Of a stretch of DNA of 64,000 nt, positions 9,942 through 20,558 are shown piece by piece. The stretch comes from Promethearchaeota archaeon (lineage in GTDB: Archaea; Asgardarchaeota; Heimdallarchaeia; Hodarchaeales; Hodarchaeaceae), in contig JBHLMN010000018.1 of NCBI GenBank assembly GCA_048938105.1, positions 64,001 through 128,000 of the forward strand, in the 5' to 3' direction. Position 1 is the stretch's first letter, and each line of letters opens with the position of its first letter. A program made the position numbers and the translations under genes. The notes beneath the pieces were generated by a model. The model was not told the origin of the DNA, did not search any database, and was given only the letters and a program-made list of their open reading frames with translations.

Positions 9942-11426
9942 TCATTGTTTAGTAATTTTTGGAATGAATGACTTTCCATCGAAATATTTTGGTATAGGAG
10001 TATTAAGAAGATTTAGTATTGAAGGAGCAATATCAAGTAAATTTGCATTTAACCGCTTAGGTTTAATTGATGAACCAAAAACTCCAAAAATACCAGTCAT
10101 ATTGTGACTAGCGGGACGATTGACAGCAGCTTGTTTTGGTTTTCGAAATAATCCTCTTAAATGCTCTTCTCCAAACAATTCAAAACCTTTATTTGGAATA
10201 AGTACAAATTCTGGGAGAGTATCAACATGTTTTCCGGAATAGACAACGTTTTTTCGGAAAACATCTTGCATTAGCCTGTAATTTAAGTTGGAGTCCTTGA
10301 TTTTTCTTAATTTTTCAAGGAGTTCAGTAATAAAATGTTCTTTTTCATCACTTGATTCCCATGAGTAATATGGGTTAATATCTATCATATGATTTGATCC
10401 AGGTACATAAAAAGCTCTAGTTTTTTCCCAGTCAATATTAAATATCGATCTTTGTGGTGAAATTTGAGATAAAACATGAGAAGTATATTTTGAGTGTTTG
10501 ATTCTCCATACAATTCCGCGTAAACCTAATTTAAGCATAATTTTTTGGATATTCTCTGGCTTTAGACCTATCCTTCCAACAAATTTCCCCATAGGTCTTA
10601 TACTAAGGTATTTCAAGTAGTTTTGCTGTTCTAGCCAGTTGTTAAGGTGAAATTGCCACTTTACCTCTTCAAAACCATGATCAGAAGCAATCATTAGAGT
10701 TATGTTATCTGTCAGATAATTTATTATTAGTCCTAAAATTTGGTCTATCTTTTGGTAAAATTTTAATAAAATATCTCTCTCATTCCAAAAGAAATGCTGA
10801 ACTACATCCAAGAACCTGAAAACAACAATAAAAAGATCCCATTCTTTTGTTTTTAAGTAGTCTGTGACAATTTGCCATCGTATTTTTTGTGCAAGATTAA
10901 TCCTTTTGAGTAAAGAGTTCTTGTCTCCATCTAATCTAAACAACTCCTCATTAAAATCAATTTTATAATTAGGATGTTCTTTAAGAAAGGAGGATCGAAT
11001 ACTAGGAGGAAACATGAAGTTTGATGAGATCGAAGGAGTTCCGAGACCAGAAATCATTATCCCATTAATTGGATCTGGAGGATAAGTTATTGGAACATTA
11101 ATTACAATAGTTTTATAACCCCTCCGTGATAATATTTCCCATATAGCTTTGGCTTTTCGATCGTGGGCTGTGACTGGTTTCATTTGGTCTGTTCCAGGTT
11201 GTATTTTTACAAATCCATAGATTCCGTGTTTTCCAGGATTAACACCACAAAACATACTTGTCCATGCAACAGGTGATAGAGGAGGAATGGATGATTGAAG
11301 ATTTCCTAAAATACCTTCTTTTTGAAATAATAACAGGTTTGGTAGTTTCTTCTCTTTAAAAAACTCTTCGATAAGTTTTGGAGTGGCACCATCAATACCT
11401 ATAAAGATTACACGATACCTGTTCAT
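9942..11426 (-). CDS. alkaline phosphatase superfamily protein (type I phosphodiesterase/nucleotide pyrophosphatase-like)
   Basis: IGIDGAT, SSIPPLSPVAWTSMFCGVNPGKHGI, LDVVQHFFW, ASDHGF, SHNMTG, LLDIAPSIL. Confidence 0.88.
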   Translation of the reverse strand: MNRYRVIFIGIDGATPKLIEEFFKEKKLPNLLLFQKEGILGNLQSSIPPLSPVAWTSMFCGVNPGKHGIYGFVKIQPGTDQMKPVTAHDRKAKAIWEILSRRGYKTIVINVPITYPPDPINGIMISGLGTPSISSNFMFPPSIRSSFLKEHPNYKIDFNEELFRLDGDKNSLLKRINLAQKIRWQIVTDYLKTKEWDLFIVVFRFLDVVQHFFWNERDILLKFYQKIDQILGLIINYLTDNITLMIASDHGFEEVKWQFHLNNWLEQQNYLKYLSIRPMGKFVGRIGLKPENIQKIMLKLGLRGIVWRIKHSKYTSHVLSQISPQRSIFNIDWEKTRAFYVPGSNHMIDINPYYSWESSDEKEHFITELLEKLRKIKDSNLNYRLMQDVFRKNVVYSGKHVDTLPEFVLIPNKGFELFGEEHLRGLFRKPKQAAVNRPASHNMTGIFGVFGSSIKPKRLNANLLDIAPSILNLLNTPIPKYFDGKSFIPKITKQ

Positions 11427-11439
11427 TATCTTTGGTTTC

Positions 11440-12729
11440 CTATTGGACTGTACGATTGTTTGACTGGTCTCTTTTTACAAGAATCATACTAATTATTCCA
11501 AATATCATAAAACATACTGAGAAAAACATTATCAAGAATATTGTTGAGAGAGAGTCATGAAACAGGATTATTCCAATTACTTCGAAAATTATACCGAGAA
11601 ATAAGGGAATGTTATAAGAATAATTATTTAATGCGACATTATAATTAATTAAGATAGCTACTACCCCATAAAGAAGAAAAACGAGAGTAAAAAAAGGTAA
11701 ATAAGCAATAGCAGGACGATATAATTCTCCAAAAATCGTCAATACAAAAAATTCACCCATGAAGAATATACTTAAATATACAACCATGGATAAACATAAC
11801 GATATCAATAGACTTGTTTTAAGTACTTTTAAAACATCTTGTCGAGATTCATGTGCTTTTACAGCTTTTGGAATCATCACAATAATAAAAGCAGTAGCGC
11901 TATAAAGAACGATTCTACCAATTGTTGAGAGAATAGCATAATATCCTGATTCGGTTGTTGAAAAAAATATACGAATCAATAATATATCTAAATTAAAAAA
12001 TAAAATAAAGCCAATATCTGTAATTAAAACTGGAAATATTACTTGAAAATCAATGTTCACTGGGAAATCTTCTCTATTAGTGTAGAAATAAGGAGACACA
12101 AATACTAATAGTAATATTGGAGTACAAAATCCAGCAATAATTATCCCCCATATCGCTCCAACTACTCCAAATCCATATAGAACGAGTAATAAGCCAATAA
12201 CCAATCTTATACCTGGAAAAAGAAGGAGACTGAAACCTAATCTATTAGTATTTTCCATTCCCTGAAAAATACCCTCGATTACTGGATTTATTACCGTAGA
12301 AAAGACATAAGATACAGTAATAAATATCAATATTTCAGTTTCAAATTTCAGAGTTGTTGCAATGAAGGGGGAAAAGATTAGTAGCAATAGACCGATTCCG
12401 ATGAAGAATGGAAAGATAAATCTGAGAATATTAATAAATAGACTTTTAATTGCTCCAAGGGTTTTGTTTAATGCTATTAAGGAGGATTTTTTCGCAGCAA
12501 CAATCGTTATGCTTTTGTAAGGAATTGTTAAGATAGCTAAAATCGATAACAGGGCCGAAAGGAGACCAAACTCACTTGGTGATAATAATCTACCCATAAC
12601 TATTTGATACAAGAAAGTTAAGAAATTTTTGCTAAAAATAAAGAATAATATCAAGAATCCTGTAATTGCAAAACTATTAATGACATTATTTCGCCATATA
12701 TTCTTCAATTTGTCATTACGCATTCTCAA
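11440..12729 (-). CDS. Wzx/MOP-family oligosaccharide flippase
   Basis: About 12 TM; MGRLLSPSEFGLL, LDILLIRIF...GYYA, IFGELY; lies in a glycan cluster. Confidence 0.88.
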   Translation of the reverse strand: MRMRNDKLKNIWRNNVINSFAITGFLILFFIFSKNFLTFLYQIVMGRLLSPSEFGLLSALLSILAILTIPYKSITIVAAKKSSLIALNKTLGAIKSLFINILRFIFPFFIGIGLLLLIFSPFIATTLKFETEILIFITVSYVFSTVINPVIEGIFQGMENTNRLGFSLLLFPGIRLVIGLLLVLYGFGVVGAIWGIIIAGFCTPILLLVFVSPYFYTNREDFPVNIDFQVIFPVLITDIGFILFFNLDILLIRIFFSTTESGYYAILSTIGRIVLYSATAFIIVMIPKAVKAHESRQDVLKVLKTSLLISLCLSMVVYLSIFFMGEFFVLTIFGELYRPAIAYLPFFTLVFLLYGVVAILINYNVALNNYSYNIPLFLGIIFEVIGIILFHDSLSTIFLIMFFSVCFMIFGIISMILVKRDQSNNRTVQ

Positions 12730-12780
12730 TAAAATCCTATAATTATCTTTTTAGTTACTTTAACCCTTTGTTATTCATTT

Positions 12781-13350
12781 TTAGTGAAATCCTGTATTAT
12801 TTTTCTCTACCCGCTTTATTCTCCTAGCTGGTACACCCGCTACTATGTTATAAGCTGGGACATCTTTTGTTACAACGGAGCCAGATCCCACGATGCAATA
12901 TTCCCCTATGATTACTCCAGGCATAATGATTGAATTTGTACCAATATAAGTTCCTTTTTTTATCAAAATTGCTCCTAAAAAAGCATTCAAATCAGTACGT
13001 TCACTTGTAAAGTGAGTGATAAATGTAACATTGGGTGCTATTGAAACTTCGTCCTCAAGATAAATAAGATATGGGAACAAAACATCGAATTTCACTTCTT
13101 CAGAAATTGAAACACGTTTTCCTATGTGTACCCCCCTTTTTCGTTGAACAAATACCCGCATTCCTAGCCATGGTATGAGGTATCGGCATAGCATTTCAAA
13201 ATAGAAGTAAAATATCAACCGATTAATTGTTTTGAAGATTCCAATTAATCCCTTTCGATAACCATAGAAATCTCTATAATATCTTAAACTTGCTAGCAGA
13301 CCCTTTTTCCCTGTAGAAGGTTCGATAGGGATTTTCTTAAATGGGCTCAT
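12781..13350 (-). CDS. hexapeptide-repeat (LbH) O-acetyltransferase
   Basis: GVHIGKRV...IGTNSIIMPGVIIGEYCIVGSGSVVTKDVP..IVAGVPAR. Confidence 0.9.
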   Translation of the reverse strand: MSPFKKIPIEPSTGKKGLLASLRYYRDFYGYRKGLIGIFKTINRLIFYFYFEMLCRYLIPWLGMRVFVQRKRGVHIGKRVSISEEVKFDVLFPYLIYLEDEVSIAPNVTFITHFTSERTDLNAFLGAILIKKGTYIGTNSIIMPGVIIGEYCIVGSGSVVTKDVPAYNIVAGVPARRIKRVEKNNTGFH

Positions 13351-13406
13351 GAAAACTAAGCTTCCTAAGATTCTATCTAATCAATTAAGTTTCTAAAGTA
13401 GAGGTT

Positions 13407-13769
13407 CTAATGAATTCCTATTTGGTGATTTTCTCTTTTTCTCTGCATCAGAAAATCAATGAAATCGGTAATAGTACCAATAATGATGAAAAAGAAAGCA
13501 ATTAGCACAATATCACCAATAGTCTTTATTAATGACCTATTTAATCCAACTAGAGAAGCTACAAGAATAAGAACAATACCAAATAGCTTAAGAATCGTAG
13601 AACGATCCGTTGTTGTAAGATTTAGGGGAATAAAAATAATTAGAATCCAGATAAAAATTGTTTCCTTAAATATTATAAACAACAGTGATATACCCGCGAG
13701 ATAAATTGAGAAAAAAATGATACTCTCTGTCAAAACTTCCTGAAAGCTTTTATAAATTCTGATCAACAT
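13407..13769 (-). CDS. small multi-TM membrane protein
   Basis: About 4 hydrophobic segments; starts 3 nt after the stop of the 1447-aa gene. Confidence 0.65.
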   Translation of the reverse strand: MLIRIYKSFQEVLTESIIFFSIYLAGISLLFIIFKETIFIWILIIFIPLNLTTTDRSTILKLFGIVLILVASLVGLNRSLIKTIGDIVLIAFFFIIIGTITDFIDFLMQRKRENHQIGIH

Positions 13770-13772
13770 CTT

Positions 13773-16700
13773 TCAAAACCCCTTTAAGTTTTTTTTTATA
13801 TTTTTCAATTCTTTTCTCAAATCTATTCGATCTAAGACTATTAAACCCCAGAAAATCGCTATACTTATCACAGAGAGGTTTATGCTTGCATTGAACCATG
13901 TTTGAGGCAGATATTTAATTGTAATTGAAAAATCTCCTGTTTTATTTATCCAAAAACTGTTGATTATTGAAAAACAGGGGATTGAAGTAATTAGAGGCTG
14001 ATCATCAATCTGAGCAACCCAAAGAGGATCATAACATTCAGAAAGAACTAAGATAAATGGGTCAATTGCATTTTGAATAGAAACTTCATATTTTGTAGGG
14101 GAAACTTTCTCATAAGTAATTTTTGGTTGTAATTTATTAGATTCAAAGAATCTATTGAATGGATCTGTATCTGAAAGACCTTTGATGAGATACATACAAT
14201 CAAGGTAGCTATCTAAACTTGTGTTTAAACGAATAGTATATTCACCCTGTTTACAAACGATTGGTACCGAGGAATACACAATAGATTCATCAGATGATTT
14301 TAACGGGCTTAATTCTAGCACTGTGTTATTGATATTAACAGAAACAGCTGGTTGATTATTACCAAGAAATCTGCAAAACAATCGATAATTTCCCTCTTCT
14401 AGAACATCAATAGTTGTTTCTCCTTCTATCTGAGGTTCGAGATATATCACTCCCTTTCCTGAGGCTAAACCACCATATCGTGTAATGAATCCATCGGGGT
14501 TTTCAAATAGAAGTTCTATTTGATCAAACCAAGTGGTTCCATTTTCGGGAAAATTACTATTTCTCCATCCAGCGTTTAAAACAACTGATACTTTTGTGAA
14601 ATCAGAATCTAGTCTCAAATTTATTGAATAATCCTGCCAATCCCGATAACCATCAATCCCACTTGGGTTTTGTCTAATTTGCTGCCAAGTCTCTGCAGTT
14701 TCATTATAACCATATAAAACAGCATGAGACTGAATCGAGTTTTCTGTTTTCATTTTGACTCTGAAAATACATTTAGAATTCGGTTCAATATCGATTTCAT
14801 CAGAAATTATCCAAGACCATTGAGGAGTAGTATTATGTGTACTTACTCGTAGGCTGGAAGCTCCATGCTGACTATTTTCCATGTCTAAAGAAATTGAAAA
14901 TTCCTCATTGACAAAGTTCCACCCTTGAGTTGAATTTTCAAAACTTGGATTAGGAATCTTGTTTTCTATATTCCGAATCGGAGTTTTTATCCCTTCTTCT
15001 GCTTCTAAAATGTACATTATGTCTTTCTCTGAAATAATATCGGAAACTGTTTTTTTTAATGAGCTCATTTTTGCTGAAGGAATTACTTTTATAGCTGATA
15101 TGCCATTGAACCCTTTAGTATTTGAGAAACCAATTTTATGAGCTCCTTTTAGAAAGGTATAATTTCCAATATGTTTCCACCGAAAAACTGGCTTATTATA
15201 AATAGTATCTATATCGATAACATCAGTCCCTTCATCTAAACTCACACGAATCTGACCTCCCTCTGGACTCTCGAATACCCGAATAAAAATCTCATGTATT
15301 CCAGATTCAGGAATGGTAAAAGGAATATCTATAGAGGGAACTCTCTCCCATTCAGCTAAAGAATATAAGTATAAATTGTCAAGATACCATCTTGATGCAA
15401 GATAAGGATTATGTCTAGATAAAATCTGAAAACGGATGAATTTTGTTTTTTCTGGTAGTTTTAAGGTTTCATCGATTTGTGTAAAATCAAAATTTGGTTT
15501 TATAGTATCAAAAATAATTTCTGTAGCCAATAAATCGTATTCTTCATCAAAATATAGTCCTCTTACTCTTATTTGAGGACAATGCTCCCCCTTTATCGAA
15601 AAACCTGCATGTAAATGTAATGTATCTGGGATTTCGATATACGCAGATCTAAAATCAGCCCATCTATCAGTATCCCCAAAAGGAATGCTTCCTGTTAAAC
15701 ACGAAACTACTCCTGTAGATGTTTCAACTTCTGTAATTGTTAAGTTTGTATCTTGTGATGAATACCAAAAATTTGTCTCTGAAGAGTTTTTAAATTCTAT
15801 TTGAATAAGAGGTTCTGCAGGAAGATCGTATGGTTCAGTCAAAGCTTTTGTACTATAAGTGAAGATAAGTCCTTTATTATAATCAAATTCATAAGTATCA
15901 ATATCTCTATCTTGAAGATAAGGATGCCAACGACCATAAAGTGGATCATGGTACATACCTGCAGACCAGGTGGAAGAGGGATCATATTCTGTAACGTGAT
16001 CAAAAGGAAAAATCCAATAACCATCTCCAAAATATGCATAAAGATCATTATTTGTGAAGTTTGCTGGGAAAATAATGAAATCAGCTTTTTGAAGATCCTC
16101 AACCTCCCTGATATTATAATCTAGAAAAGAGATAGCAGTCTGGTAAGGATCAAACGCTGAAATCGCTACCAATGAACCCAGAATTTCTTGGCCACCAAAG
16201 GTTAAACCATACTCTTCAGGAGAGTAACATCTCGATCCTAATCGCAATCCTTCGTTTTCATAAATGGTTATCATCCCCTGGGTTTTCACTGATGACATAT
16301 TTCTCTGAGATTGCATATTAATGAGCATTTTTTCGACTTCCCCCGCATGAGGATCTTGTAGATCATTATGGAAAATTAAAAATCTCACATCAAGCATATC
16401 AAGGAATTTATAGAGATTTTCTGTTCTATTATTCAATATCAAAGACGTTGATCTATCATAATGGTCTAATATGTATGTATAAAACTTGTTTAAGTTAACA
16501 TATGCTGAAAAAGTAGGATTATAAGAAGAAATTTCATCGAAATTGAGTAAGTCCCAAGGTCCTGTAATTTGCCAAGTACTTTTCCGACCCATGTACTTCG
16601 GTGTCCATAAACAGCGAGAAGATGGATAATTTTTAGATAACCATTCATTTATCTCAAAATATTCGTCTGGAACCTCTACTGGTAATAATTTTTGCCCAAT

Positions 16701-18116
16701 ATCGCCGACTAATAGAGGCCAAGCAGGAATGATTACACTGAGAATTATTACCGCGGTTACTGTGAAAGTAACACCTTGGTTTAACCATCCTTTTTTGATT
16801 TTATTTTTAACTGCTGGAAATGAACTCAAATAATTTATAATTACAGGTACTAACTCCATATAAGTAAATCCGATTAAAAAAGACCCGAAAAGTAAAACTA
16901 TTGTCATCAAACGGAAGGGATTACGAAAAACCCATCCAAGTGGAAACTTTAAGATAACCCATTCCATAAATTCTTTAATTATAGGAAAACCATCTTCTCC
17001 TAGGGCAGTAACAATAATCATCCAAAAAAGGATAGATAATGTAAAGAAAAGAACATCATGATTTTTTCGATTTAGTATTATTGGAATAAGCCAAATACAG
17101 AAAATTAAAACTGAAAAAATTTGGAAGAATGTGAGAATTATATCGTTTTGTAATATCGGGGGAAGATCTAGGAATCCTATCCCTGACCATTCGATATTTA
17201 GCTTCAAGAGATTGGTGAGAATAGCATTCCTTGAGTAAAGGGCAAGGGCAACACTAGTAAGTATATAGGGCGGACCAAGTAGCACTCCAGTATTAATGGT
17301 GTACAGTAAATACGGAATTATCCAAAAAAGAGAAAACAACCAATAAAGGATAACATTGAAAGCAAATAAAGCTGTTCTTCTCATGATATTTCTTTTTCTT
17401 AAAGATCCTTGTTCCAAAAAGAGATCCGAGATAATTATGAAAAGGGTATAACTTAAATTCACCAGAAAAGCATAAATGATCCAGCGTTGCTCTCCAGCAA
17501 TGAATAACCACAAAAAACTAGAAATCCCAATCATTTTTAGATTTTGATCATCTTGTCCGTGTTTAAAACTAACAAAAACCAAAGGGATGAGAGCTAAATT
17601 GACTTTCATTCTCGTATGACGCGCCATTGAAACCCATGCTGGATTAAAGGTGAAGAACAAACCTGCTAAGAACGATCCTATTATTAGATGGATTTTATTT
17701 CCATTAAAATTTCGTCGTAAAACAAGATATGCTGATAAAAACATTGAATAAGATCCTAAGGTGTGAGAAAATACCCAAAGTAACTCGAAAAGATCCATCG
17801 GTCTGATTTGGAATACTTGAGCAATAAATAAGATTAGTAACATTAAAGGATACATAGTAATTCTATCAAAATTATTAGAACTTAGGTTGCTATTCCAAAG
17901 GGGATAAGTATCACTAATTAGTTCCTCAAGCCGCAAAGGAACCATTAAATCGTTATACACTTCATATTCATTGAACCCTATTGCTGAAAGAGGGATACGA
18001 AAGATAAAGCAACTTATTAGAAGGTAAATGATAATAACACAAATGTGAACTGAAAACACAGGTAAGAATGCCTTTAGAGATGATGAATTTTCTCCTGTGG
18101 TTTCATTTTGACTCAT
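13773..18116 (-). CDS. large polytopic GT-C-like membrane protein with extracellular carbohydrate-binding-like domains
   Basis: Multi-TM N-terminus; WVFRNPFR, AWPLLVGD, CLWTPKY, LDVRFLIFHND; CBM4/9-like segment IPNPSFENSTQGW...GASSLRV...WFDQIEL; YfhO-like C-terminal region plus TM. Confidence 0.72.
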   Translation of the reverse strand: MSQNETTGENSSSLKAFLPVFSVHICVIIIYLLISCFIFRIPLSAIGFNEYEVYNDLMVPLRLEELISDTYPLWNSNLSSNNFDRITMYPLMLLILFIAQVFQIRPMDLFELLWVFSHTLGSYSMFLSAYLVLRRNFNGNKIHLIIGSFLAGLFFTFNPAWVSMARHTRMKVNLALIPLVFVSFKHGQDDQNLKMIGISSFLWLFIAGEQRWIIYAFLVNLSYTLFIIISDLFLEQGSLRKRNIMRRTALFAFNVILYWLFSLFWIIPYLLYTINTGVLLGPPYILTSVALALYSRNAILTNLLKLNIEWSGIGFLDLPPILQNDIILTFFQIFSVLIFCIWLIPIILNRKNHDVLFFTLSILFWMIIVTALGEDGFPIIKEFMEWVILKFPLGWVFRNPFRLMTIVLLFGSFLIGFTYMELVPVIINYLSSFPAVKNKIKKGWLNQGVTFTVTAVIILSVIIPAWPLLVGDIGQKLLPVEVPDEYFEINEWLSKNYPSSRCLWTPKYMGRKSTWQITGPWDLLNFDEISSYNPTFSAYVNLNKFYTYILDHYDRSTSLILNNRTENLYKFLDMLDVRFLIFHNDLQDPHAGEVEKMLINMQSQRNMSSVKTQGMITIYENEGLRLGSRCYSPEEYGLTFGGQEILGSLVAISAFDPYQTAISFLDYNIREVEDLQKADFIIFPANFTNNDLYAYFGDGYWIFPFDHVTEYDPSSTWSAGMYHDPLYGRWHPYLQDRDIDTYEFDYNKGLIFTYSTKALTEPYDLPAEPLIQIEFKNSSETNFWYSSQDTNLTITEVETSTGVVSCLTGSIPFGDTDRWADFRSAYIEIPDTLHLHAGFSIKGEHCPQIRVRGLYFDEEYDLLATEIIFDTIKPNFDFTQIDETLKLPEKTKFIRFQILSRHNPYLASRWYLDNLYLYSLAEWERVPSIDIPFTIPESGIHEIFIRVFESPEGGQIRVSLDEGTDVIDIDTIYNKPVFRWKHIGNYTFLKGAHKIGFSNTKGFNGISAIKVIPSAKMSSLKKTVSDIISEKDIMYILEAEEGIKTPIRNIENKIPNPSFENSTQGWNFVNEEFSISLDMENSQHGASSLRVSTHNTTPQWSWIISDEIDIEPNSKCIFRVKMKTENSIQSHAVLYGYNETAETWQQIRQNPSGIDGYRDWQDYSINLRLDSDFTKVSVVLNAGWRNSNFPENGTTWFDQIELLFENPDGFITRYGGLASGKGVIYLEPQIEGETTIDVLEEGNYRLFCRFLGNNQPAVSVNINNTVLELSPLKSSDESIVYSSVPIVCKQGEYTIRLNTSLDSYLDCMYLIKGLSDTDPFNRFFESNKLQPKITYEKVSPTKYEVSIQNAIDPFILVLSECYDPLWVAQIDDQPLITSIPCFSIINSFWINKTGDFSITIKYLPQTWFNASINLSVISIAIFWGLIVLDRIDLRKELKNIKKNLKGF

Positions 18117-18159
18117 TATTGAACCTCAATTCTTCTTTGATATCTTAGATTATAACAGA

Positions 18160-19887
18160 TTACTGATCTATCTGATTTCTTAACCTTTTTCTAAGGATTC
18201 TCCAATTAAGCACAACACATACCCCCCAGAGAAACCCCAAAACGGAAAAGGAGGCCTGGGTCGCCGTGGAGGAGGAAGGCTCAGGGGATGTCGAGGAAGG
18301 CTCAGGGTCGACAAAAACGAGCACCGTATCGTGGGTTGAGTGGTTTCCTTCATCCATGAGAACCAAGGTAAGATTATGGGTGCCTGTAGATAACCAATCT
18401 AAGGTAATAGTGAGATCAGTCGGACGCCAATACTTATCGAACGTGTGGGCACCCGATTCAATGGGTTTACCATCAAGATAGAGCGTGTATGACCCAGGCA
18501 TGGTGTACCTGGTGCGGAAATTATACCAGGTCTGCCAAATGAGGTTCACAGGGTCGTTAGAGCGGACATGTAGATCAGGGGGCGCGCTGAGGATGGGGGT
18601 CAGGCGAAAGCGCTCCATCCGATAGACCCCGTACACAAACTCTTCTGAGTTGTTGAAATCCATTTCCCAAACAATATCTCCCTCATTATTTACCTCAACT
18701 AATCTTACACCAATTATACCTGGACGTCTTATTACACCAAACGTTCCAAGGCGATTACCGTTGGGGAGGCGATCAGCATCCCCCCAATAAGGACTATAGT
18801 ATTCAGCAGGAGCGCTCCAGCTCCAGGTCTCGTTGGCGGTCATGGTGGTCTCGTTAATGGTGAATTCCAAGATCTGGGATCGCCTATGTTCAGGGTTGGT
18901 CTGGTTATGCAGGTCATTGTCGAACAGGATGAACGTGTGGTCACCGACCTTCTCTACGGCGTGCGCATGGTAAAAGAGGTTGGTTCGCTCCCTCCCATAG
19001 CGATCAAAGAGGGTAAAGTTCCCGTACTCCCCTAGCCCCCATAGCACCTTCCCCGTTTTGTGATCGATCTTGTAGAATGTGTTCACATTGCGCATATTAC
19101 AGTACAAAACGTCTTCCTCAGGATCCGAAAAAAGCGAATTGGTATGAGTGATATCACGTAGGCCTCTATTTAGATCCTTGAATGGGCACCACTGGGTATG
19201 GGAAATAAAAGAGTCTGTGTCTAAGGACCATACCAATTGACTCGACATATCATACTCCTCGATTCTGTCATAAACGTACTTAACTTCATTAATTTCCTTA
19301 ATATATACTTGTAATGTGAGAAATGTATTATTAGCATGATTATATTCATACTCGTGATGTCCATAAAAATTAAATATCATGGTTTGATCATTATAAACAT
19401 TCCACAAAGCTAAACCATCAGATTCCCCCATAATGACAGTTGTGGAATTAATAAACTCCACATTCTGACTCTGCGATGCTCCGATTTCACTATCGTTAAA
19501 AGTTTTCTCTATGAATATCTCTCCATTCATATCAGTGATAAAAAGAACACGCTGCCTGAAATTGGGATCAGCTGGTTTACGTAATCTAAGAACAAATAAA
19601 TTATAACCGTCAAAGACATTTCCAAAGAAGCTAACATTCAGAACCTCCTCTAGATAACTGTTATTCCACAATTGAAGGATTTTGTATAATAATTTACTTT
19701 CTGGATCTTCTTGTGGATCATAAAAGTTTTTATTTTCCATCTGAGGTTGATTAATGACTAATGTGACCATTAGATCACCTGTGTAAGTAAATAATGAGTT
19801 AGAAACAGAACTTGAACCTGAAATCAACAACAGAAAAAAAAATAAAATCATGTTTTTAGTCCTAAACCAAACCATAAATTTTCCCAA
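18160..19887 (-). CDS. membrane-anchored aryl-sulfate sulfotransferase (ASST, PAPS-independent)
   Basis: Signal peptide; GHHEYEY, DITHTNS, NMRNVN, HAHAV, ILFDN, WGDADRLPNGN; Ig-like domain, Ser/Pro linker, C-terminal TM + basic tail. Confidence 0.85.
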   Translation of the reverse strand: MGKFMVWFRTKNMILFFFLLLISGSSSVSNSLFTYTGDLMVTLVINQPQMENKNFYDPQEDPESKLLYKILQLWNNSYLEEVLNVSFFGNVFDGYNLFVLRLRKPADPNFRQRVLFITDMNGEIFIEKTFNDSEIGASQSQNVEFINSTTVIMGESDGLALWNVYNDQTMIFNFYGHHEYEYNHANNTFLTLQVYIKEINEVKYVYDRIEEYDMSSQLVWSLDTDSFISHTQWCPFKDLNRGLRDITHTNSLFSDPEEDVLYCNMRNVNTFYKIDHKTGKVLWGLGEYGNFTLFDRYGRERTNLFYHAHAVEKVGDHTFILFDNDLHNQTNPEHRRSQILEFTINETTMTANETWSWSAPAEYYSPYWGDADRLPNGNRLGTFGVIRRPGIIGVRLVEVNNEGDIVWEMDFNNSEEFVYGVYRMERFRLTPILSAPPDLHVRSNDPVNLIWQTWYNFRTRYTMPGSYTLYLDGKPIESGAHTFDKYWRPTDLTITLDWLSTGTHNLTLVLMDEGNHSTHDTVLVFVDPEPSSTSPEPSSSTATQASFSVLGFLWGVCVVLNWRILRKRLRNQIDQ

Positions 19888-20240
19888 GTTACAATCATTA
19901 TTTACAGCAATTATTTTAATTTCTTATGAGATATCTAGTCAATAGCCATTCTTGTTTTTATAAAAATACATCGAATCAATTATATTTTAGCTAATTTCTA
20001 ACATTATAGCAATTTTAGAGTTAATATTGCTTAAGAAAAGGCTTTTTGTTTGATTCTGAGGGTGAAATTCTGGTAATTAAAACACTCCAAATACTTTTGG
20101 AAATGTTTATTTCAGATATTGATAAATCAGCTCTTAATATGTTACTTAAATAAATGAAATACGCAATTAATATTCTGAAAAATTAAAAAAACACTATCGA
20201 TTTTTAGTAAAATCAATAATCAGTCTGGGGCTAATCGAAG

Positions 20241-20459
20241 ATGACGTCTGCTAAAACAGTTACAATTCCAGGGGATATAATAGAAAACATTCGAAAGCGG
20301 ATTAAAAAGAGTGCTTTCTCAACAGAAGAAGACTTTATAATATTTGTTTTAAGAATCCTTATGGAAGATAAGAATAAAAATTCAACTAATTCCGAGCCAT
20401 TTTCCGAGGAGGAGGAAGAACGTGTCATGGAACGATTACGTGGGTTAGGTTATCTATAG
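20241..20459 (+). CDS. small CopG/ribbon-helix-helix-like protein with C-terminal ERLRGLGYL tail
   Basis: TVTIPGDIIENIRKRI...FSTEEDFIIFVLR (RHH-like) followed by EEEEERVMERLRGLGYL. Confidence 0.75.
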   Translation: MTSAKTVTIPGDIIENIRKRIKKSAFSTEEDFIIFVLRILMEDKNKNSTNSEPFSEEEEERVMERLRGLGYL

Positions 20460-20558
20460 ATTATTGATAACAAGGATATAAAATTGGTAGTGATGTCAGA
20501 AAATAGATGACTATCTAAATCTACAATTATTCCTTTTTCAATTAGAATTTTCATTCCT

